A stretch of DNA of 64,000 nucleotides from Rhizophagus irregularis. Taxonomy: Eukaryota. Made by a program: the position numbers and the translations under genes. Where the stretch lies: the NCBI RefSeq assembly GCF_026210795.1, contig NC_089431.1:5332001-5396000 (forward strand). Direction: 5' to 3'. Under the pieces are notes generated by a model. It did no database searches. It saw only the letters and a program-made list of their open reading frames with translations, and was not told where the DNA came from. Positions 27,501 through 39,729 of the stretch are shown piece by piece; within the stretch, counting starts at the first letter, position 1; every line of letters starts with the position of its first letter.

Positions 27501-27870
27501 GCTTCCTAATATTTCAATATTATGTATACTTACATTTTTTTGGTATTTTTTTTTAATTTCGTAAAGAGTCTTCTAAAACTGATTTACAAACGCGCGATTT
27601 CAAAAGCAAAATTTTGTTGTTCCAAAATCGTCCATATTACTTATTATTACTTTAGGGACCATATCAAATTGTACAAAGGACCCAGTTGTTAAAAATTCTA
27701 ATTGATAATAATTCACTTCAGTCCTTGATTGATTCTTATTTGTAATTGTATTGCTTAATGACACAAATACATAGTTGTAGGTAAATATGTTCCCTCTCTT
27801 AAAAATGAAACATAAATTTTCCAGTGCCGTGCGAGAAAAGCTGACCACCTTTTCCACGACAAGTGACGTT
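24560..27870 (-). pseudogene. Broken copy (exons 3-7) of the membrane-protein gene, interrupted in exon 5
   Basis: 24560-25105 matches exons 5-7 (AHWKNPEGRNFAIFETALIMQD, NNAPHLIIP); 27027-27870 matches exons 3-5. The middle of exon 5 is replaced by hAT-derived DNA. Confidence 0.88.
25105..27026 (-). mobile_element. hAT transposon remnant
   Basis: Minus-strand fragments ITLTTDNAS, HVLNLAVNKGL...SVKKARSL and IFYMLEKWKRMEPAL (hAT DDE motifs). A TAGGGTTGGATCGG terminus at 27026 abuts the host exon. Confidence 0.7.
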
Positions 27871-28289
27871 AAATTAAAATTAAACAAATAAGAACTTTAT
27901 CATTGTTTGGTTTATTATTAACATAAAAATATTATGAATTTTGGTTATAAAATACAATGTTTACTGGGTTAAAATTTACATTGTGAAAATAAATTTCAAT
28001 ATAAAGATTAATTAATGTCTGAACGTAAGAACTCTTACCTTATATAACTAATTAAGGGTAATCAAAAATGCCGAAACTGCCGAAACTGGCCAAAACTGGT
28101 CGAAATACCGAAACGCCAAATGGCGAAACTAACTTATTTTAGGGTTGTTAACTTATAATGTTTCACTATCCTTTAATGTTACATCATAATTACTATTATT
28201 ATTATGTTTCAGTTGTTTCACTATCCTTTAATGATTACTATTATTATGTTTCACTATCTACAATCATTATCCTTTAATGTGCGTCAGTG

Positions 28290-29360
28290 CCGATTTGCGT
28301 CAGATGATGCCGCCAGTCAGCCCAATATTATAAATGCCTTAAGTGGGTTGGCCAGCATTATTAGGCGATGACGTCAGCTAACGAACAGCATATATGAGAA
28401 AAAAGATTGACATTCACGTGAGTACGAACCTTACGACTGCAGCAATCGACATTTACAGTATAGAAATCTCTGCCGAGGGAATTTCCGAATATTTTTAAAA
28501 TTTAAAAAACTCCATCAATTCACATGTACACAGTAAGATTGGCTTGAGAAACTTTTCTTTTGCGCTTAATTTGATTGGACACACGTTCCGAGAGATAGGA
28601 CATCTTTTTAACGGACTTTATTCCGATTCAAAAAATAGACGTTAATGGTCTGCAAATTATTAACCAAATATAAGCCGATCCAACTTTATTTTGTCTTTTC
28701 TTTTTTTTATAGGACAACAAGAAAAAATTGTATAAAAAGGATGAGAAAAGGAATATGAAAGGAAACGAAATAATGAACTATCTTTCACAAAATATCATCA
28801 ATGAATTTTTAAATGGGTTAAAGTTATTTTAACCTAATTATGGTTGGTCACTCATAATAAATTTTAACAGTAGAGTTTTAAGTTATCAAAAAAGAATTTA
28901 AAAATTTTATAATTAATAATTACATATTTGCGTTTATTAATGAAAGGAATCATCGCTCAGTCTTTTATCCGAAAAAAAGTTGATTTGCACTGATAAATTA
29001 AATGAATATTACGCTGTTTTTCTAGATCATCATTTATGAGCATAAGCAATAATACACGTAACAATACAAAGAGTCAAAAACTTAATAACACTACTTGATT
29101 ATCAATGTGAATCATCATTACTTTAATACTAATAATTTTTAAATTTATATTTTAATCTCTCTTTTATACTTTAGGGAACCATAATTTTGTAATTTTAAAA
29201 TAAAAATTTTCTACCAATAGATACTGTATTCTAGCGCCATGCATATAAATTTTTTTGGTAATTACCAAGTTAGGTCTATGGCTTATTAATAATTAGTATT
29301 CTTAGTTGAAACAAATGTACATATTACAGCAAATTTGTTGCTTTTAAAGTATATCAAATT
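28290..29360. repeat. Inverted duplication of about 43030-44430 (upstream block of the membrane gene)
   Basis: Reverse-complement matches such as tgccttaagtgg..tggccagcatta, ccatcaattcacatgtacacagtaaga and ttggtaattaccaagttaggtctatggcttattaataatt. Confidence 0.92.
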
Positions 29361-29426
29361 TACAGTATTAACCATAGAGAAGTAAATCGTCAATACCGGC
29401 ACATAGCTCTCATCAGGAAATTTTAG

Positions 29427-30047
29427 GTAGATCGATCCAAAAACCACGTAGGTAGAGGCAGAAGTGATAGACCAAGACCGTGTAACACTAGAGAAAGCGA
29501 AAAAATTGTTGGTTCAAGAATTATAACTCAACAACATGTTGAATTTATTTCAAAATGGATCGATAGATTGGAAATTGCGGACCAATTAATTCCTTCATAT
29601 GAATTTAAATTATTATTTACTGGATCCCGTGATGGACTTGACCGAGATAAATTTCATGAAATTTGTGATAATAAACTTCGCACAGTAACAATTGTTAAAG
29701 CGAAAGGCAGTAACGAAATTCTTGGAGGATATAATCCACTTGAATGGAAGTCTAATGGTAGTTATGGCATTACTAAAGATAGTTTTATATTTTCTTTTAA
29801 TTGTGATAGAATTAATAATTATATTTTAAGTCGTATAATGAATGAGAATAATGCTATAAAAAATAATTTTTACCACGGTCCATCATTTGGAGAAAATGAT
29901 CTTGTTATATGGAGTTCATCTTTTGGAAATTATTGTATAAGAAGTTCTTATTTAAAACCAATCAGGCAAACTAAAAATAAATTTATTGTAGAAGAATGTG
30001 AAGTATTTCAAATTATTCATAATGAACCTATAGATTCTAATAACTAA
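29427..30047 (+). pseudogene. Orphan TLDc-domain 3' fragment of a BTB-TLDc paralog
   Basis: Open frame ...SRIITQQHVEFISKWIDRL...LLFTGSRDG...ILGGYNP...HGPSFG...EVFQII, closely similar to 2667-3200. No BTB/BACK part or ATG upstream. Confidence 0.75.
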
Positions 30048-31171
30048 TATACTCATATTTTAGAGAACAATTTAGAAATATTTATATATATGTATATTTT
30101 TATATAAGAACACTATATGTATTTTTATATTTATTGAATAGATATTTGATATGTAAACCTTACTTTTAAAAATTTCTATGATTTTATAATGTAAATTTGG
30201 TAGCCAGACTTTGACTCCACTGACGTAACTTTTAATAATATTAGTGCGTACAGATTCAAGCAATTTAGTGCTTCGCGGATTATTTAGTTTCTTTTGAGAT
30301 TATTATGACGTCAGTAAAATAATGTTTTTTATCAGTTTAAAACGCTGATTATTTATTTAAAGTAGGGAGATACTGAATGTTTTACTCGGCTTTCTGATAA
30401 TACAATAAAAAGCGATCAAGATTTGACTGTAAGTTTCCTGCATTTCTTCGCGAACTAAAAAAGTTTATGTAGTAATAATATTTTTACCAATACGTTGGAC
30501 AGAGAATACGAGATTGCAATTCGCATTTAGAAATAAAGATATCCACGAAGGCGATGAAGTTAAATTCAACCCTTTTAACAACACCGAAGTAGACCTCCGG
30601 TTAGTCCGATTTAATTTCGGTTTGGTATTTACCAAACCGATTTACCAATAAATAATTTTTTTTTTTTTTGTAATCCACGTACTCCCATCTCATTTTCTTC
30701 TCCAGCGTTTCCGTTACTTTTAAATTTGAAAATCAATAAAGATTCAAAGCTTATTAATTTAATAATGTATGTGATTTTGAGAAAATTAAAAAAACATTTC
30801 ATTTTTATTTGTATATACTGTAGCATTTACTAATTGCATTTACTTTATTGCATAATAATTGCTGCATTAGTAAGTAATTTCTCAAATTTTGATAATAAAG
30901 CGGAAACACGTTCTTGTGAATTCTTTATTAAAATATTGTGTGTTTAGAAATGTGTTTTAGAAATGTAAATTTACAACATTTATAATATCACTATTCAATT
31001 TTTTTAAAAACGGATGGTCTCCTTTTTGCTGCGCTTCGTAATAATCCTGAAGAAAATGTCTTTTTTATACTACGTTAGGGTAGTCTTCATCATTATCATC
31101 TTGAGATTTCTGTTGAGAATCGTGATACGAAGAGTATTGGATGGTATTTGTTGTTACACGAGCTTCTTTTA

Positions 31172-31954
31172 GGTATCAGGACATTTTGCCGAAAGCCATT
31201 TTGCCGAAACCCATTTCGCCGAAGGTATATTTCGCCGAAGGTATATTTCGCCGAAGGGATGTTTCGCCGAAGAGACATTTCGCCGAAGGGCCATTTCGCC
31301 GAAGGGACGTTTCGCCGAAGGGACGTTTCGCCGAAGGGACGTTTCGCCGAAACCCATTTTGCCGAAGCCATTTTGTCGAATGGCTATTTCGCCGAAAGGA
31401 CATTTTGCCGAAACCCATTTCGCCGAAGCCATTTCGCCGAAAGAACGTTTTGCCGAAACCTTTGGTAAATCGGTCAATTTTTAGCCGAATTGGCTGAAAT
31501 TTTTACTGAGAAAACTCTGACATTGGATCTATTTTATTCAAGTATTAATTGTAACATTTGTAAATCTTACAATTTCACAAATAATTCTTAAAAAAAGTTG
31601 ATAATTGGAAAAATTAAAAATTTTTTTTTACAAAATAAACTGTTAGCCTTAAAATAGGATAATTTTTATTTTTTTTATATTACTTTTTTTTAAAAAAATC
31701 CATTAATATACGTTAAAATGTATATAAATATAAATTATGAGCCTTCTGGTTAACACTTTATTAATAAGAAATTGGCAAATTGTGAAACGTCCTTTCGGCG
31801 AAATGGATGATTCGGCGAAACGGCTTTGGTGAAACATCCTTTCGGCGAAACGTCTCTTCGGCAAAACATCTTTTCGGCAAAACATCTCTTCGGCAAAATG
31901 GCTTCGGCGAAATGGGTTTTGGCAAAGTGGCTTTCGGCAAAACGTACTGTAACC
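31172..31954. mobile_element. Non-autonomous Mutator-like (MULE)/foldback element
   Basis: Perfect 9-bp TSD cttctttta (31163-31171, 31955-31963). GG...CC imperfect TIRs built from about 15-bp tandem units (ttcgccgaa left, ttcggcgaa right); AT-rich centre. Confidence 0.92.
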
Positions 31955-32360
31955 CTTCTTTTAACGTTATATCATCCAGAATTCGTAGACTTCCATAAAA
32001 TTAGTTCGATGATCCTTTTCAAAAAAAAAGAGGTAATGTCAGATCAAAGCAAAGAGCAAAATACGGAAGAAACGTTTCGCGAAATGCTAAAAACGGCTAC
32101 TGCAAGCTAAACCTGTGAGATCCTTTAGTTTTACTAGCACTATCGACAATACTAAACTACTGAGCGTCTTCGTTAGACATTACAAAATTCTTTGACTATT
32201 GTAAGAAACATAGTCGATTCCTACTCCAGAATCAACAGACCCCTATTTTACAAGAATTTTGAATGAGAAATTTTTTCCATTGACAATCTTTTCTTATTTC
32301 TAAGAACTTTTGTATTGTAACAGGAGAGCTCCATCTGAAGCCATAATATTTGTAAAAGTA

Positions 32361-32546
32361 CCCCTAAAAAAATTTAATCCGTTATTTCTGTAAAAACTCC
32401 GTAAAAATGAGCCTTTCACGGATCCATTTACGGAAAATGTAAATAATTCGATAAATTCCGCAATATAAGGTTATTAATTCCGGAAATATGAGCCTTTTAT
32501 GAAAAAAAGATGGAATATAAAAAACGGATTGACTTTTTTTACAGGG
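32361..32546. mobile_element. MITE with CCC...GGG termini flanked by TA
   Basis: TA|cccctaaaaaaatttaatccgtt...aacggattgacttttttttacaggg|TA. Confidence 0.7.
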
Positions 32547-35500
32547 TACAGTAAATAAAAAATTTTACATGCTTGATACCATTTAATACCTTCTAACTAT
32601 CATTGTATTGTCGAGAGTATTAAGTCTTACTTCAAGTCGATGAGATTCTTCCGTAAAGGATATTCTGAAATCCTCCTTATTGATCGCCATTTGCACACAG
32701 TTTTTCTGAAAATAATCCATATTAACAGAGATAACTGAAAAAAATAAAAATATTTAAGATGTATCCTATTTACAGTACCATAATAAATTATATTATTTAT
32801 TATGGCGTTTTTGATTACTGTATTTGCTTTGACTGGACGGTCCAGTTAATTAACTTTGATAACTGGACTTAAACTGGAACAAACGATCCAGTGGACATTT
32901 ATGAAGTGACAACACTGATATAGGGCTGAACATTATTAGAATTTTTTGATTCGATTTTATTCAGTCAGATGATTAATACTCATTAAAAAAGTTAAGTATT
33001 TGTGTGCAACACAGACCGGAAAAAAAAATAAAGTGCGGTAACTGTGTAAATACATGGTTCCAATCATGCTCTGACAGAAGATAAGTAATAACAAGTGGCA
33101 TTCTCGTTTCTTGTGTTATGTAAACATTTTTTCGTAACAGGTTGATTTTTAGCCTATACGTCGTATGATCATTATACGAAGGAATCTACTCCTCTAATTA
33201 TCATGGAAATAAAAAAATTACGACCAATTTAAAATAAGTTTGTCTGTTTTATCTGTGACTGATTGTTCATCACCGAGTTAGAAGTTAGTGGTCTTATTGA
33301 GCTTATCGTTCGATTAGTTGATTATAAAATAACTCAGTATTAATAGTAATAAACTAATAACTCTAAACATTAAATAAGAAAAAGAAACACTTTTATTAAT
33401 TTGAACGGTAGTAAATACATGTTATGCAAATATATTAATAAAAATAATTTAAAGAAGGCGGATATGCAGTTAGCGAACCTCTTTTTATTGGATATGTTAT
33501 TGATGCTGTTTGAGTTGGGAATATTAAAAAATTTTAATATATTAATATAAAGTGGAATTAATTTGATTCCGGAAGTATTAAATTATTTAAGCTGTGATTG
33601 GAATATTTGCAGAAAGAGAAATATTGATATGGAAGACCATTTTTTTTTCAAAAAAGATATTATTATAAGAAGTAAATCCACTAATTTTAAAAATAGAAAC
33701 GCATCTGTATAATTAAAAAAAAGTGTTTGAATTGCTGATCCATGTTCTAGACTCGCTTGATCGGCAAGTCATGTTGTACATCTAAGGTTAATGAGAATTT
33801 TTTAAATACTTTTTTTTGGTTTTTTTTTCGATCTAAATTTTTTTTTCCCCTTTCCTTTTCGGTTTGGTTTTTTTCTTTCAAACCGATTTTTTTTCCCCGA
33901 ATACATTCTTTCACTATTTAGGTTTGGATCGAAGATCAGATCAATGTTGCGGCGCCACAGCAATTGCTGAATCTTATTACTAATAATATCATTTTTTTGT
34001 ATCAAACTCAATAATAGACTAACATCTACTGTATATAATTATTGTCTGACGTTTGGATTAGTCTCTGTATAAATAATTTGAATTGTATAACTTGAAATCC
34101 CATAATTAAAACCCGTGACGGCGTGACATGCCTCTGCCTGATCTATTTATGGTCAAAAACTATCCGATTAATCAACTAATCCAATTTCAGTTAATAAAAT
34201 TTTACCTTAATCGGAATTTTTTTTTGATTAATTTGATTTTTTTTTTTTAACTTTTTTTGGGTCCTTTTTTTTTAATATTTTTCAAACCGAAAAAAAATTT
34301 TTTCTCCCTTTTCTTTCAGTTTAGTTTTTTTCAAACCTGAAAAATTTGTTTTTTCTCATTCTTTTCCCGTTTAGGTTTAATTTTTTTCCCAAACTGAAAA
34401 AATTATATATTTTTTTATTAAATAATCCCCATTGTTTTGGTCTTTTAAGACTATTTTTTTTCGATCTTTTTTTTAGACTTATTGTTATTTTTTTTAAAAA
34501 AATTTTTTTTTCACTCTTTTGGATCGGATTATTGTCCTTTTTTTCAGAATCTTCTTTTTTCGGATTCCTTTTTTTCAGAAATTTCCCTTTTTTTTAAACT
34601 GATTTCTTCTTTATCCTTTTTCTTCCCCTCAAATTTTTTTTAAATTCTTTTTTATTATTAAATAAAAAATAAAATATTTTATTAAATATATTTACAAAAT
34701 TATTATTTTTTTAAAAAAAATCAATATAACATATCAGATATAGGAAAATCGACCGACGTTGATGGAAAGATGATTCAATTAAATTGAACGCTGGATAAAT
34801 AGTTTGATTTTCAAAATTCATAAAATCAATTAATTAATTATAAAATATGTAAAAATATCATTTTTTTTTTTGAAGAAATTGTTGATTTAATAATAGATTA
34901 TTATAACCAAATCCATATTCGTAATTCTCTAAATAACTACCAGATTTTTGAATAAAGATTTTAATTCTGGTTTAGTTAAATTAAGTACCAAAAGAATAAT
35001 AATAAATGAAATGAATAGATTCTAATACATTTAATTATTCAAATATTTTTTTTAAGTTGGTTATAAGTTTAAGATTGACGTAATATAAAATAAGAAATAA
35101 TAAATAATTATAAAGTTTATAATTAATAAAAAATTAATCAAAAAAAATGAGAGTGAATGAAAAAATAAGGAGAGTAAAAGGGAATAAAAGAAACGAAGGG
35201 GGAGTGAGGGAGAACCGAAATGGAGAAAAGGGGGAGTGAAAGAAACAAAAGGAACGAAAAAGATCAAGTGGGAATGAAAAAATGAAAAGAATGGAGGGGG
35301 ACGAAATGGAGCAAAGGAAATAAAAAAATGAAAGGAACAAAGGGTAGCGTAAAGAGAAGTGGGAATGGAAAAAAAATGAAAATGACAAAGGATAGTGTAA
35401 AGGAACGAAAAGGATGAAGTGGGAATGGAATAAAAATGAAAGGAACGAAGGGTAGTGTAAAGGAATGAAAAAAACGAAGGAACGAAGAGGAAATAAAAAA

Positions 35501-35924
35501 CAATGGAAAAAATGAAGGAAGGGAAGAATAAAAAGAGCAAAAGAGATGAAGAGACAAAAGAAAACAAAAAAGTGGAGAAGGGACGAAATGAGATAAACAG
35601 GGGGACCAAACAAGGGGACCAAGTAAAAACAAAACCCATAAAACTAAAAGAAGAAATAAAGTTAGTAGGGAACGGAAATTACATGTAATAAATAAACAAA
35701 AACAAAAAAAATAAAAAAAATACCTTAGTAGTTACAAGGAAGAACCGAAAATTAAAATGATCGGCTCATTAATTAGCGATAGTATGCTTTTGGATGATAA
35801 ATTTCTGACGATCATCTTCCAAATTTATTCACTTTTTCGCTTAATTTGTAGTTTGTCATACGATCTACATGCATTTTTTCATAATTTCGGAAATGCTCAA
35901 TGTGAACTTTTTTGATTCAATTTT

Positions 35925-36065
35925 ATATAGCTATATATATTGCTAATTGCAATTGCTATTGCTATTGCTATTGCTATTGCTATTGCAATTGCAATTGCAA
36001 TTGCTATTGCTATTGCTATTGCTATTGCTATTGCAATTGCAATTGCAATAGCTATATAGCTATAG
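35925..36065. repeat. Hexamer microsatellite (ATTGCT/ATTGCA)n
   Basis: Directly visible; it generates the spurious AIAIA and CYCYC ORFs. Confidence 0.95.
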
Positions 36066-36660
36066 ACGTTGTTATTGCAATATTGCTTCTTTGATATCAT
36101 TAGAATAAAATTACAAAATATTCATTTTTGTGCCACTTTCGCTACATATTAACTTGAGGCATCAAACAATAAGTTTTATATTTGTATTTGATTTTGTTGA
36201 TCTTTATTGATTTTCAATAAAAATAGATTCAAATATATTTCTTTTTCGTTAAAAAAATTGAAACGTGTAGATGATCATGTAGATCTTGTGATAATCAAAA
36301 TAAAAAAGTGTTAGACGAAAATTTTTTTCAAAAATTTTTCTTTTTTTATAAATTTTTTTACATTTTTTTCTATTTGTAAGATTAAATATTTGGATATTAC
36401 ATAATCACTAATTAAATTTATAAGTGTATTTAAGTGTATTTCTTTTAGAAAATAATGTGATATTTCATAAAAAATATTTTTTCTTACTATTTTTATTTTT
36501 AAACTACTTGAATTTATAATTAATGAAAAAATTAATTAAAAATTTATGTCAGGTCATTTTCAAATTTTTATCATCTCAGTTCTTAATTTTTATATTACAT
36601 TTATTTTTTATATAAAATTTTTTTAAATTAAACTTCTTTTTCCAAATATACTATAATCTC

Positions 36661-38965
36661 CATTTTGGCCAAATGAAATCAACTTCATTTATTTATTAAA
36701 AGTTGTTCAGGCATGTTGAAACCACTTGAATATTAATTTTCATGAATATAGGTATAGTGCTTAGAGAAAATTGCATTTCTTGATGATATTAACTCTCTTT
36801 TCTGTTTTTAACTTAGAGCGTAATATTTCCACTTTGGGCAAATGAAATCAACTTTATTTATTAATTGAAAGTTGTTCAGGCAGGTTGAACCCACTTGAAT
36901 ATTAATTTTCATGAATGTAGGTGTAGTGCTTAGAGAAAATTGCATTTTTCTTGATGATATTAACTCTCTTTTCTGTTTTTAATTTAGAGCGTAATATTTC
37001 CACTTTAGACAAATGAAATCAACTTTATTTATTAATTGAAAGTTGTTCAGGCAGGTTGAACCCACTTGAATATTAATTTTCATGAATGTAGGTGTAGTGC
37101 TTAGAGAAAATTGCATTTTTCTTGATGATATTAACTCTCTTTTCTGTTTTTTAATTTATAGCGTAATATTTCCACTTGAAATCAACTTTATTTATTAAAT
37201 GAAAGTTGTTCAGGCAGGTTGAAACCACTTGAATATTAATTTTCATGAATGTAGGTGTAGTGCTCAGAGAAAATTGCATTTTTCTTGATGATATTAACTC
37301 TCTTTTCTGTTTTTTAATTTATAGCGTAATATTTCCACTTTGGGCAAATGAAATCAACTTTATTTATTAATTGAAAGTTGTTCAGGTAGATTGAAACCAT
37401 TTCAATATTAATTTTCATGAATGTAGATGTAGTGCTTAGAGAAAATTGCATTTTTCTTGATGATATTAACTCTCTTTTCTATTTTTTAACTTAGAGCGTA
37501 ATATTTCCACTTTGGGCAAATGAAATCAACTTTATTTATTAATTGAAAGTTGTTCAGGCAGGTTGAAACCACTTGAATATTAATTTTCATGAATGTAGGT
37601 GTAGTGCTTAGAGAAAATTGCATTTTTCTTGATGATATTAACTCTCTTTTCTGTTTTTTAATTTATAGCGTAATATTTCCACTTTGGGCAAATGAAATCA
37701 ACTTTATTTATTAAATGAAAGTTGTTCAGGCAGGTTGAAACCACTTGAATATTAATTTTCATGAATGTAGGTGTAGTGCTCAGAGAAAATTGCATTTTTC
37801 TTGATGATATTAACTCTCTTTTCTATTTTTTAATTTAGAGCGTAATATTTCCACTTTGGGCAAATGAAATCAACTTTATTTATTAATTGAAAGTTGTTCA
37901 GGTAGATTGAAACCACTTCAATATTAATTTTCATGAATGTAGATGTAGTGCTTAGAGAAAATTGCATTTTTCTTGATGATATTAACTCTCTTTTCTGTTT
38001 TTAACTTAGAGCGTAATATTTCCACTTTGGGCAAATGAAATCAACTTTATTTATTAATTGAAAGTTGTTCAGGCAGGTTGAAACCATTTGAATATTAATT
38101 TTCATGAATGTAGGTGTAGTGCTTAGAGAAAATTGCATTTTTCTTGATGATATTAACTCTCTTTTCTGTTTTTTTAATTTAGAGCGTAATATTTCCACTT
38201 TAGACAAATGAAATCAACTTTATTTATTAATTGAAAGTTGTTCAGGCAGGTTAAAACAACTTGAATATTAATTTTCATGAATGTAGGTGTAGTGCTTAGA
38301 GAAAATTGCATTTTTCTTGATGATATTAACTCTCTTTTCTGTGTTTTAATTTAGAGCGTAATATTTCCACTTTAGACAAATGAAATCAACTTTATTTATT
38401 AATTGAAAGTTGTTCAGGCAGGTTAAAATAACTTGAATATTAATTTTCATGAATGTAGGTGTAGTGCTTAGAGAAAATTGCATTTTTCTTGATGATATTA
38501 ACTCTCTTTTCTGTGTTTTAATTTAGAGCGTAATATTTCCACTCTAGACAAATGAAATCAACTTTATTTATTAATTGAAAGTTGTTCAGGCAGGTTGAAA
38601 CCACTTGAACATTAATTTTCATGAATGTAGGTGTAGTGCTTAGAGAAAATTGCATTTTTCTTGATGATATTAACTCTCTTTTCTGTTTTTTAATTTATAA
38701 CGTAATATTTCCACTTTAGACAAATGAAATCAATTTTATTTATTAAATGAAAGTTGTTCAGGCAGGTTGAAACCACTTGAATATTAATTTTCATGAATGT
38801 ATGTGTAGTGCTCAGAGAAAATTGCATTTTTCTTGATGATATTAACTCTCTTTTTTGTGTTTAATTTAGAGCGTAATATTTCCACTTTGGGCAAATGAAA
38901 TCAACTTTATTTATTAATTGAAAGTTGTTCAGGCAAGTTGAAACTACTTGAATATTAGTTTTCAT
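36661..38965. repeat. Tandem satellite, about 172-bp unit, about 13.4 copies
   Basis: The marker aaatgaaatcaactt recurs at about 36671, 36840, 37011, 37176 (short deletion), 37346, 37518, 37690, 37862, 38033, 38206, 38378, 38550, 38722 and 38893. Confidence 0.97.
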
Positions 38966-39729
38966 AAGATTTCATTTTTTTGTAGCTGTATTAACTTTAG
39001 AACACTTATTACAGCTTATGTCATTATTTTAAATTATAAAAATTAATTTATATTATTGGCTAATTATAATCACATGATACTATTTGATTTAATAATTTAA
39101 TTATTTAAAATTAAATTCATATAAATGCAACTAATATTAATAATTATAATTTAAGCAGTAAATTCATTGACCAATTCTTGTAAATTCTATGCTCAAATTA
39201 TGTAATTTCTTTGATCAAATCAATATAAATTCAGTATAAATTATGGTCAATCATACACATGGTGCATTTTTGTGATATGGAATTGTGCATTTTCCTATAT
39301 CCTTATATATAGTTTAGATACATTATTTTTAAGAAAAAATTGTATAAATCTTATTAAAACATGATTTTTTATAGGGTCTAATTATAATAAAATTTTATTA
39401 TTCAGTAACAATTCAATTTATTTATATCAAAGAATTTTTTTATTATAAATGTTATATTTGGGGGACGAAGTCCCCCAGCAAATCGCATATTCTAGTTAGC
39501 CAATAAAATTTAATGTAGAAATTTAATAATGAGGTGATATCACCGGGTAAATTATATAGGTTCAATCACCCTAGGTGAATCGCAACCGTCAAATCATTAA
39601 TATAAGCTATATTATAGTAATAATTTAATACATATTAATTTATTATTTTTTCATTTTTTGTTAACTAATTATTACCATATTAAATTACAAAAAACTACTG
39701 TAACCATCTTTAATTTACTTAGTATTACA

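Larger units (their letters stand above)
34142..39495 (+). mobile_element. Non-autonomous Helitron carrying simple repeats and a 172-bp satellite
   Basis: 3' hairpin tgggggacgaagtccccca (39459-39477) followed by CTAG|T (39492-39496). Candidate 5' end A|TCTAT at 34142. The 5' region is homologous to that of the opposing Helitron. Confidence 0.65.

Noticed and set aside
31096..32110. Overlapping repetitive ORFs, or a CRISPR-like array
   Set aside because: These are products of 15-bp tandem units in a MULE TIR. There are no unique spacers or cas genes, and the context is eukaryotic.
33802..36100. Phe-, Lys- or AI-rich ORFs that look like membrane proteins
   Set aside because: Low-complexity purine/pyrimidine tracts and a microsatellite in or beside a Helitron.
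36661..38965. CRISPR array, coding repeat (ORF 38001-38207) or primate alpha satellite
   Set aside because: The units are contiguous with no spacers, the frame is not maintained across units, and only the length resembles alpha satellite.
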